The position numbers and the translations under genes were made by a program. This document shows, in pieces, positions 1 to 7,873 of a stretch of 9,425 nt of DNA. The DNA is from Azolla caroliniana (lineage: Eukaryota > Plantae > Polypodiophyta), in NCBI GenBank assembly GCA_043228905.1, contig JBHGNT010001361.1, forward strand, positions 1 through 9,425, in the 5' to 3' direction. The notes under the pieces were generated by a model, which saw only the letters and a list, made by a program, of their open reading frames with translations, made no database searches and was not told the origin of the DNA. The first letter of the stretch is position 1. The number at the start of each line of letters is the position of its first letter.

Positions 1-90
1 CGGGGATTTCGGACAAGGAGTCGGAATAGGGGGGAAGGGAGGACTGTGTCATTTTCTGGATAGTTACGCCGGTTCAGTCCATGGTCGCGT

Positions 91-896
91 TGTCAAGGAA
101 ATCCGCGAGTACGTGTCGAAAAGGGTGGGACCACGGGGGTCTTGGACTAGGGAGTAGGAGAAGGGAGAGAAGCTTGGGAGTTCAATTGAGAAGGAAGAGA
201 AAGATTATGATTCGAGAGATTAAGGCAAGAGAGAATAAGATCTAAACAAGACAACATACATCAAACAATTACATTATGGAAAGCACCACACCAATTACAA
301 CCATGGCCGTGTAGGCCGAACATAAGCACCGCTCGACGAAACCCTAAACCCCTATAGGGGAAAAGAAGAAGAAGAAGAAGAAGAAAACCCTAAAACGAAA
401 TCCTAAAACCGGAAACCCTAAACGAAATAGGGATGAGAAATATATACCCTAATGGTCTACCCCAAATCAACAAAATGACGACCATTCAATGGTCACCCCT
501 CAATCCCTTTTATAGTAGTAAAGGGTGAGGCACATTACAAAAAGAGAGGCCAAATATCCCCTTCCTTCAATGGGGAATATTTGCCTTGATCTTAGGAGGA
601 GAGATTGATAGAGCCTTAACTCCCTCTCCTCACACCCAACCACACCCTCTACTTATTACACCGTACTTCCATGCACTCCCCTTTAGTCTACATGTGCATG
701 AGCCCCTAAGTACACATCACCTTTATACTTCAGAAACTTTGTAGTGCACTTTTAGCACCTTACATTCTACCCTTCCTTTTACATTTGTTACTTAATCTTA
801 TTTTACAATTCTATCAAGTGCATGTGCAATGTTGCACATCCCCATTTTATTCATCCCCCTTAGGTTTTCTCACCATAGCCGAAAAACCTCACGACA
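91..896 (-). mobile_element. Solo LTR (copy A) of LTR retrotransposon family 1
   Basis: Termini TGTCAAGG...CACGACA. Left end matches the reverse complement of the LTR B end (2010-2053); right end matches the ends of LTR C and E (TTTCTCACCATRGCC...CACGACA). Flanks GCGT (87-90) / ACGT (897-900) form a 4-bp TSD with one transition. No PBS or PPT adjacent. Confidence 0.85.
365..385. repeat. (GAA)7 microsatellite inside LTR A; equivalent (GAA)7 at 5659-5679 in LTR E
   Basis: Read directly. Confidence 0.9.
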
Positions 897-1212
897 ACGT
901 ATCGGATACAGAATGATACCTGGATAAGAGCGGAGCAGCTCACCGGCCTGAGGGAGCTATATCTTTCCCCGGTCAAGATGTCGGGGAGCAGCGGCAAACG
1001 CACATGCTCGTGAACTCGTACATGCACGCAACAAATTCAGGACGAGAATAAGACACAGGATGAGAGCACAACCAACACACAACAAGTAGGAACCATGCAG
1101 AAACCCCAACAAATGGGACTCAACAAACTAATGATTAACAGAGAATCCAAAGAGTACAACCGGGCGCGACCGACAACAACGCTTAGCGCTCTCAGGAGAG
1201 ATGCACACGCAA

Positions 1213-1219
1213 ACACACA

Positions 1220-1260
<41 letters not shown>
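1213..1260. repeat. (AC)n microsatellite, perfect (AC)19 at 1223-1260
   Basis: Read directly. It produces the HT/VC-repeat ORFs in the track. Confidence 0.97.
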
Positions 1261-1261
<1 letters not shown>

Positions 1262-1358
1262 GGGAGACATGGCAAAGATTCTCTGGCTGGGAGCACATGG
1301 GCAGTCAACGCGAGCAGAGACTTCCACTCCTTGTTCGAAACAATGCAGGTTCAAACGA

Positions 1359-2053
1359 TGTCGCGAAGATTTCTGGCTACGGTGAGAAAACCGAGTGGAA
1401 TGGGCAAAGTCAGCAAAGTGCACCGTGTGTACATTTACATTCCAAAATGTGTATAAAATAAAAAGGGGATATTTATCCCACATTGTAACGTCCTTCCCTC
1501 GGACTAAAAAAGAGAGGAAGGGGCTCTGATGAGGGGTTGCCCATTTTGAGTTAGGAGGGTATACCACTTAGATCTAGGGTTTGGTAGTTGTCTCTTGTTC
1601 TTACCTTCTTACTTTCATTGTGGGTGGAGTCTTTGTGTTTGTTAAGGGTTTAGTCCAGTTGAGAGCTCATATGTCCTAGGGGGTTTCACTTCTGCTCTGT
1701 CTCCTTTTCAAGACCCCACTCAACGCAACGAGCTTGAGAGCTCCCCGATCGGCGGCTTGGCAGCAGACTGATGTTGTAACCTAATCTACCTTAGACCGGC
1801 TTGAAGTGTCTTTGGATTTCTTTCTTTCTGGTTTCTGGACATAGGAAGCGTGTGTCCAGACGGTGTTGCATGTGTGCCCTTTTTCCCTCTCTCATTTGGT
1901 TGATGTCGGTACATATCCGAAAACGCTTTGGTCGGTGTTTTGGCTAGTTGCCGAAAACGGTTAAGCTCGACCTTCCATGGTCTGTTTCTCTCAGGTCCAA
2001 GACCCATGTGGTCCCGCCCCGGATCTAACACGTACCCACGGATTTCCCTGACA
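1359..2053 (+). mobile_element. 5' LTR of family-1 element B (695 bp)
   Basis: Begins TGTCGCGAAG, ends CCCTGACA. Homologous to the other four copies. Followed by PBS and gag start. Left flank ACGA (1355-1358). Confidence 0.85.
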
Positions 2054-2057
2054 TCTT

Positions 2058-2074
2058 TGGTGAACCCGACGTGA
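2058..2074 (+). promoter_or_regulatory. Primer binding site, tRNA-Trp
   Basis: TGGTGAACCCGACGTGA lies 4 nt after the LTR end and is complementary to ...UCACGUCGGGUUCACCA-3', which I recall as the plant cytosolic tRNA-Trp 3' end. Confidence 0.8.
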
Positions 2075-2091
2075 AAGGGTGGGAAGGGAGG

Positions 2092-2171
2092 ATGGAGTTG
2101 GAAGATGATGAATTCGCGGAGATAATGGTGAAGGCACCGGTGGAGTTCGGACAAGCGATGATGAGACGAGA
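2092..2171 (+). pseudogene. gag: Gag N-terminus of element B, interrupted by element C
   Basis: MELEDDEFAEIMVKAPVEFGQAMMRR aligns with MELEEDDFTQLFVEAVREFGRAITRR at 8647. Breaks exactly at the LTR C boundary (2172). Confidence 0.85.
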
Positions 2172-2846
2172 TATCGCGTTATTACGCACGTGCGTGTAGA
2201 AAGGGGCGGGACCACGGGGGTCTCGGACGAGGGAAAAAGGGATGCCAAGAAAACGACTCCGGACACGACCCGGAGGCGACTGAACACGAGAGAGAGAGAG
2301 CGTGCGCACGACACCGACTCTTATGCATAGGGAACGAAGGGCTATGCTCCCGACACCACCGGATACACCAACATGCACAAACAGATACAAGCTTATATAT
2401 TACAAAGGAAAAGATAAAACCCCGGCTTTGAGCCGGGCTACGCTCAGAAGAAAAGACGTTAACCCTAACAGAGCTTTGCCGCCATGGCTACTGCGCCCAG
2501 CTTCTCAAGAAGGAGGAGAAGAAGAAGACCACAAGACAGTTACTAACCCTAGAAATTCTTAACAAAACAACCCTCTAGAAAATGGTATATACCCTTACGA
2601 CTGAAAATGGGCAACCCCTCTACAAGGGACCATCCCTTCCTTTTATAGAACAAGGAGAGGGATGTGTTATAATGTGGGATAAATCCCGATTTACATGGGA
2701 TTCTTTGTCCCGACTTGACTCCCACTCGGCGCCATAAAGGCACCCCTATTATTCACAAGTTTATACAAGGGTGAGTGCACATGATGCACTCCACCGATTC
2801 TTCCGATATTCCCCGGTTTCTCACCATGGCCGTAATCTTCACGACA
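2172..2846 (-). mobile_element. 3' LTR of family-1 element C (675 bp)
   Basis: TATCGCG (TG mutated to TA)...CACGACA. Closely similar to LTR E at both ends. PPT adjacent on the right. TATAAAA on the - strand at 2641-2647. Confidence 0.88.
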
Positions 2847-2858
2847 TCTGCCCCCACC
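2847..2858 (-). promoter_or_regulatory. Polypurine tract of element C
   Basis: - strand GGTGGGGGCAGA immediately before the LTR start TGTCGTG. Confidence 0.75.
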
Positions 2859-3026
2859 AAACTGCACGTCCACCGATACGTGCCAAGTTCGGAGAAGTGT
2901 GAGAGATTCCGGCCGGTGAGGAACCGGTCTTCCGTAATCCACATTCCGGTTGCCGCGTTGCCCTTGCCGGTCCGAACCGTCGGCTCTGGTTCCTTTTCCG
3001 TGTTTGCCTCGCCGTAGGCTTGTTCG
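2847..3026 (-). mobile_element. 3' internal region of element C, distal part (continues at 7020)
   Basis: Between PPT and the TSD of D. Removing D and one GTTCG restores the frame ...DLSTGR/TSLRRGKHGK... Confidence 0.75.
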
Positions 3027-3474
3027 TGTCAGAACCAAGAGAGAAGGTAAAGTGATAGAAAAAAGATATAAAGAGATCACAAGAAGAGGAATGAAATGAT
3101 AAGAGAAGAATGAATGTATTAAAGTAGAATAAGAATGGATACAAGATAGGCGATAAGAGCTTAAGACTGGTGTTGATTCGAATTGGTTTTGAGAAGAATT
3201 GTATGTCCATATTTATAGGTTCATATAGAATAACCTAGTGATTTCTATAATGTTCTAGAATGTTCTAGACCTAGAATATTCTAAGATGTTCTAGGATATT
3301 CTAGAATGTTCTAGGATGTTCTAGAACATTTACAATATCAGTCTATTATAAGAAGTAGCTTTTATTATTTTATATAATCATATGTTATCTTAATGGTTAG
3401 GTTCTTGATTATGTATTACAAGGTCTTGGGTTCAAGCCCAAGTGAAGCCACATAATGTTCACGGATTCATGACA
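3027..3474 (-). repeat. 3' LTR of chromovirus D
   Basis: TGTCA...TGACA termini. By manual count 11 substitutions (8 transitions, 3 transversions) and no indels versus 6567-7014. Confidence 0.96.
3243..3330. promoter_or_regulatory. 10-bp tandem array (TGTTCTAGAA-like) forming heat-shock-element consensus in U3 of the 3' LTR
   Basis: TTCtaGAAtgTTC at 3253-3265 and 3299-3311 plus degenerate in-phase units, just upstream of the - strand TATAAA (3212-3217). Confidence 0.65.
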
Positions 3475-3488
3475 TTATCCCTCCTCTT
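3475..3488 (-). promoter_or_regulatory. Polypurine tract of element D
   Basis: - strand AAGAGGAGGGATAA abutting the 3' LTR. Confidence 0.9.
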
Positions 3489-3551
3489 AAAACTACGAGT
3501 GGAAGGAGTTGTTAATAATGTAGGGCCGGGTTTGTTGGGATAGTGACGATG

Positions 3552-3698
3552 AAAGTCGTCAATAAGAGCTTGAGCATTACAAACATTATCGACGGGTTCC
3601 CATGTGCGATCGCTCGGAGTATAGCCTAGCCAATCAACTAGATAATACAACTTATTGCACACAATCTTTGAATCAAGAATGGAGGCTACCTCATACTC
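3552..3698 (-). other. Group I chromodomain at the integrase C-terminus
   Basis: EYEVASILDSKIVCNKLYYLVDWLGYTPSDRTWEPVDNVCNAQALIDDF; the three aromatic cage residues (Y, W, Y) are present. Confidence 0.9.
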
Positions 3699-5230
3699 TG
3701 GGCCATCAACAAGTTGGAGAGGAGGCGGTGGCGGCACAACACGATTGGGAATCGAGCTGGTGTGGTAAGGTTCCAAAAGAGAGTTGTGAAAGACTGGATG
3801 AAGCCGCAAACTTGCAGGAAGATCAAGACATAATGTCGCATCATTAATTCGCTTCGTGATGACAAAAGGACCCAATCATTTATAATCTAGTTTATCACAC
3901 AGTCAAGTAGTCTTTATGTGACGGCGTAACAACCATACTTGATCACCAACCTTGAATGGACACGGAAGACGATGTCGATCTGCATGGGCCTTATGTTGGG
4001 CTTGAGCTTTCTGAAGATGTGAAGACAACTCAGACTGAAGATGTTGTAGTCGATGGAGGTGTTGCTCTGCACTAGGGTTTGGTGAGATCACTGGAATGTC
4101 CAAGAGACACCATCGAGGATGGTTGCCAGTATAGGCATAGAAAGGTGTGACCTTAGTAGAAGAGTGTATGGTGTTATTGTATGCAAACTCTGCAAGATGC
4201 AATATATGACTCCAATCATCTTGTTGATAACTGATGAAACATCAAAGATATTGCTCAAGTGTTTGATTTGTGCGCTTTGTTTGGCCATTAGTTTCAGGAT
4301 GATATGCTGAAGAGAGTTTGCAAGAGATTCGGAGCCCGTCACATAGGTGCTTCCAAAAGTGAGAGATAAATTGCAGTCCACGATCACTAATTATGTCGTT
4401 TGGAAGACCATGATGGCGAAATACTTCACGCATAATGATATATGTTGTTTCTTGACTATTGATGCTTTTTACGCAGGGTAGAAAATGTGCCATCTTGGTA
4501 AACCGATCCACTACGATTAAAATAGCATCAAAACCTTGTGACGGTGGCAGATCTGTAATGAAATCCATACTAATTGACTGCCATGGCTTGCTCGGAGTCG
4601 GCAATGGTTGTAACAACCCATAAGGATGATGCCTAGGCATTTTAGCTCGACAACATGTGTCACTGTGCGAACATAATCTTCAACGAATTGTTGTAAATGA
4701 GGCCACCAAAATGATCGCTTCACTAGCTCCATGGTCTTGGCAATACCAAAGTGTCCGGCCATACGAGCATCATGACAGTGCTCCAACACTCGAAGGCGTG
4801 GTGATCCATCAGGGACATAAAGTAGATTCTTGTAGAAAAGTAAGTTATCTTGCCACTTGAACTCCTTATAGCGTCGAGATGTCCCTGGCATGATTCCTTA
4901 TAGCGTGGAGCAAAATGCATGATTTGGACCAAGGTGGGTGAGGACATCCTTAGCAAAATCATCAAAGTTAAGTTGTTGTCCAATAGTATCAAGAAGACTT
5001 GAATCCAATGGTGTGGCACAAACCGTGGTTGCTTGTAGCTTTGTTGGACCAAGGAGAACTTGCTTTTGATTGTCGAAAGCTGGATCTCCAGGGCAAACTG
5101 CCAAATATGAGCGTCGAGATAGAGCATCTGTTTGCCCTTGTTGGTTCCCTGGGCGAAAAATGATCTTGAAATCAAAACGAGTTAAAAATTACGCCCACCA
5201 AGCTTGTCGCCTATTTAGCACTCGAGCCAT

Positions 5231-5933
5231 TGTCGCGTTATTACGCGCGTGCATGTAGAAGGGGCGGGACCACGGGGGTCTCGGACGAGGGAGAAGAGGG
5301 ATGCCAAGAAAACCGACACCGGACACGACCTGGATGCAACTGAACACGAGAGAGAGAGAGAGACAAAGGAGAGGGCGAGCGTGCGCGCGACACCGACTCT
5401 TATGCACAGGAAGCAAGGGGTTGTGCTTCCGACACCACCAAATACACCAATATGCACAAACAGATACGAGTATGTATATTACAAGGGAAAGAATGCATCC
5501 CCAGCTTCGAGCCGGACCAAGATAGGTTAGGTTACAACAACAGTCTGCTGCCAAGCCGTAGATCGAGGGAGCTCTCGGGCTCGTTGCACCGAGCAGGGTC
5601 TTGCACAGGAGACCGAGCAGAAACAAACCCTAAACAGACACGAACTCTCGACCCATACGAAGAAGAAGAAGAAGAAGAAACTACCTAAATCTAACGGTAT
5701 ACCCTCCTAACTCAAAATGGGCAACCCTCTTACAAAGGGCGCTCCCTTCCTTTTATAGAACAAGGAGAGGGATGCGTAACAATGTGGGATAAATCCCTTA
5801 TTACATGGGATCCTCTGTCCCGACTTAACTCCTATTATTCACACGCTTTTACAAGGGTAAGTGCACATGGTGCACTCCGCCGATTCTTCCGATATTCCCC
5901 GGTTTCTCACTATGGCCCGGAATTTTCACGACA
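5231..5933 (-). mobile_element. Solo LTR (copy E, 703 bp) of family 1 inserted in the RNase H domain of D
   Basis: TGTCGCG...CACGACA. Flanks CCAT (5227-5230) / CCGT (5934-5937). Removing it and one 4-bp copy restores in-frame DHKNLTYFQTARVLNRRQA. TATAAAA on the - strand at 5751-5757. Confidence 0.93.
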
Positions 5934-6270
5934 CCGTTTGAAAATATGTAAGATTTTTGTGGTCATTATAAATGATGATTTGATGAGGTGAACCTTCCAA
6001 GAAATGTCTCCATTGCGCAAAAGAGTTGACCACAACTAATAACTCTTTGTCATGCACCTCGTAGTTGATCTCCACAACATTAAACTTCCTTGAGTGAAAC
6101 GCGACTGGATGTAAGTGCCCATCTCCACCTGGTTGTGATAGGATGCTCCCCAATGCAAAGTCGGGTGCATCTGCCTCAATGATAAATGGCTTTTCTGGAT
6201 CAACATGAGCTAAAACAGGAGTTGATGTGAATGGTTCTTTCAATTGAATAAAGGTTTTGTTTGCTTCAAA
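5934..6270 (-). pseudogene. pol: pol: RT connection subdomain and RNase H N-terminal part
   Basis: FIQLKEPFTSTPVLAHVDPEKPFIIEADAPDFALGSILSQ...PVAFHSRKF...NYEVHDKELL...WRHFLEG...NDHKNL; typical Ty3/Gypsy RNase H. Confidence 0.93.
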
Positions 6271-6508
6271 CCCATCGAATTTAGTTGGGAGGCTGATTTT
6301 GGGCTCCTTAAGAACTCCTTAACTGTCGACTTTCAGTTGTTGTAAAGCTACTGTTGCTGACTCTAGTTGTTGAACCCTTCGTGTAAACTCGTCATGTATT
6401 TGTTGCTTCTCTACTGAAACCTTATGTAGGTCTTCAAGCAATCGTTGATTCTCCAGCTCCAGTGATGCAAACTTGCTTTTGAGATTCTTGTGGGTTGCCA
6501 GCAGCCAT
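6271..6508 (-). pseudogene. gag: Gag N-terminal remnant of D
   Basis: Coiled-coil-like LKSKFASLELENQRLLEDL...VQQLES, stop at 6319, then KEPKISLPTKFDG (Gypsy Gag P-x-x-F-D-G motif). The likely ATG at 6508 is out of frame, so a frameshift is inferred. Confidence 0.75.
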
Positions 6509-6551
6509 GGGTACTTACTAGTGTTTGTGGAAGAGGCTAGACGGGAAGAAG

Positions 6552-6564
6552 CAATTCTAATCAA
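6552..6564 (-). promoter_or_regulatory. Non-tRNA PBS of D (putative self-priming site)
   Basis: TTGATTAGAATTG 2 nt after the 5' LTR, with no TGG. It is 12/13 complementary to LTR 6713-6725. Confidence 0.75.
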
Positions 6565-6566
6565 AC

Positions 6567-7014
6567 TGTCAAAACCAAGAGAGAAGGTAAAGTGATAGAA
6601 GAAAGATATAAAGAGATCACAAGAAGAGGAATGAAATGATAAGAGAAGAATGAATGTATTAAAGTAGAATAAGAATGGATACAAGATAGGCGATGAGAGC
6701 TTAAGACTGGTGTTGATTCGAATTGGTTTTAAGAAGAATTGTATGTCCATATTTATAGGTTCCTATAGAATAACCTAGTGATTTCTATAATGTTCTAGAA
6801 TGTTCTAGACTTAGAATATTCTAAGATGTTCTAGGATATTCTAGAATGTTCTAGGATGTTCTAGAACATTTACAATATCAGTCTATTATAAGAAGCACCT
6901 TTTATTATTTCATATAATCATATGTTATCTTAATGGTTAGGTTCTTGATTATGTATTACAAGGTCTTGGGATCAAGCCCAAGTGAAGCCACATAATGTTC
7001 ACGGATTCATGATA
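6567..7014 (-). repeat. 5' LTR of chromovirus D
   Basis: Direct repeat of 3027-3474 at offset 3540. Right terminus TGATA instead of TGACA. TATAAA on the - strand at 6752-6757. Confidence 0.96.
6783..6870. promoter_or_regulatory. Heat-shock-element-like array in U3 of the 5' LTR of D
   Basis: Same array as 3243-3330 (one substitution), about 25-115 bp upstream of the TATA box. Confidence 0.65.
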
Positions 7015-7019
7015 GTTCG

Positions 7020-7873
7020 ACCCGTCGATAGGTCATTCGCCGTGATCCCGTAGTGCGTGTGTTTCCCCGTTGGCCCTTCTCTTGACCGCATGCACGCCCT
7101 TCGGTTACGCGGTATCCCTCGTCTGAGGCCTCTGTCTACCTTCTCGTCCCGTGTTGATCTCCATCGCCTTCGTCCCTCGCCGCCACCTACCTTCTCCTTG
7201 GTCTTACGCTGCCACGACGGCCGAACTGCCAAGGTCTCCGGAACCAGTGTGGAGGATCCCTCTCTGGCCTTTTACGCGAGATCACCTGAACCGGCAACCT
7301 ATCTCCGTGCCAGTGCTCCCGCTCTGGCACCTCTGTGTGTCGCGCTCTCCCCACTTATCGGTGTCCTCCATGTCCGAGGAACACCCCGTAGTAGCCCGCT
7401 TGCCCCCCCCCCCGCCTTTCGTCTCGCGCCGTTGTGACCGGTTGGAGCCTTCTGCTTGCCGTCGTCCCCTTGCCCCCACCGGCTTGTCATCTCGGGCTTG
7501 GCTTGCCAACCAGTCGTTGCCGCTGAGATCTCCAAAGCGAGTGTGGAGGATCCTTCTCCGACTCTTGATACTGTCCCCAGTCTTCAACCATGCAATCTGT
7601 TACCTCGATCCCGACACCGCCATGTGCCGTCTTCCATCGTCCTTGTTCGGCACCGCTTGTGCCGACATCTGTCCCGTACTCATGCTTCAAACCGGCCCTT
7701 AATGGCCACATGCTCGTCTTCCGTTTCGCTCCCGGGTGTGCCTTTCCGACTTAACACACCGCTCCCTGCTTGGCTCTTACCGGCTCCTTCCGAATCCGTA
7801 ACCGACCAGTAAGGGTTCACCCCTTCTTCAATTAGAGTTTTGCCGGCTCTCGTCTCACCGGATCCCAATCCGC
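7020..7873 (-). mobile_element. 3' internal region of element C, proximal part; GC-rich with a degenerate R/G/S/T-rich frame and no recognisable pol motifs
   Basis: Contiguous with 2847-3026 across the GTTCG TSD; cut at 7874 by LTR F. Confidence 0.7.

Larger units (their letters stand above)
3459..5230 (-). pseudogene. pol: pol 3' part: RNase H C-terminus, integrase (HHCC, DDE core, GPY/F) and chromodomain
   Basis: LNRRQAWWA*FLTRFDFKIIFRPG; HD.RMAGH...CDTC; SMDFITDLP, VVDRFTKMAHF, IISDRG, AYHPETNGQTKRTN; GPFVI...HPVFHNSLL. Stops at 5189, 4898, 4242, 3903 and 3876, and a 1-bp deletion near 4663-4664. Confidence 0.95.
3027..7014 (-). mobile_element. Ty3/Gypsy chromovirus (Tcn1/Tf1-like), element D; internally deleted and degenerate
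   Basis: Two 448-bp direct LTRs, perfect 5-bp TSD GTTCG (3022-3026 / 7015-7019), PPT, domain order RNase H - integrase - chromodomain. Confidence 0.95.

Noticed and set aside
339-423. Interstitial telomere array
   Set aside because: Isolated AAACCCTA motifs within an LTR, not tandem repeats; treated as telo-boxes.
1037-1567. ORFs of 176, 96 and 86 aa with VC/HT repeats
   Set aside because: Translations of the (AC)n microsatellite; they cross the LTR B boundary.
2058-2074. tRNA gene fragment
   Set aside because: Only the 17-nt complement including CCA, in PBS position; no cloverleaf.
1786-2743. Similar short ORFs recurring at 1991-2562, 5189-5688 and 8128-8786
   Set aside because: Similarity comes from being copies of the same LTR; frames and ends are not conserved.
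2839-3210. Duplicated hydrophobic ORF MDIQFF... (also 6319-6750), resembling a membrane or env protein
   Set aside because: It is the T-rich R/U5 of the D LTRs, and its ATG lies between the TATA box and the predicted TSS. Only the C-terminal part of the 6319 ORF is real gag remnant.
3243-3330. Short palindromic repeats as a CRISPR array
   Set aside because: 10-bp tandem units without spacers, inside a eukaryotic LTR.
3552-3698. Host chromodomain gene or domesticated integrase
   Set aside because: In frame with the integrase GPY/F region between paired LTRs, with upstream stops and a frameshift.
4863-4910. Direct repeat TCCTTATAGCGTSGAG at 32-bp offset in the RNase H-integrase linker
   Set aside because: The reading frame is unaffected and nothing resembles an insertion; probably chance or an old local duplication.
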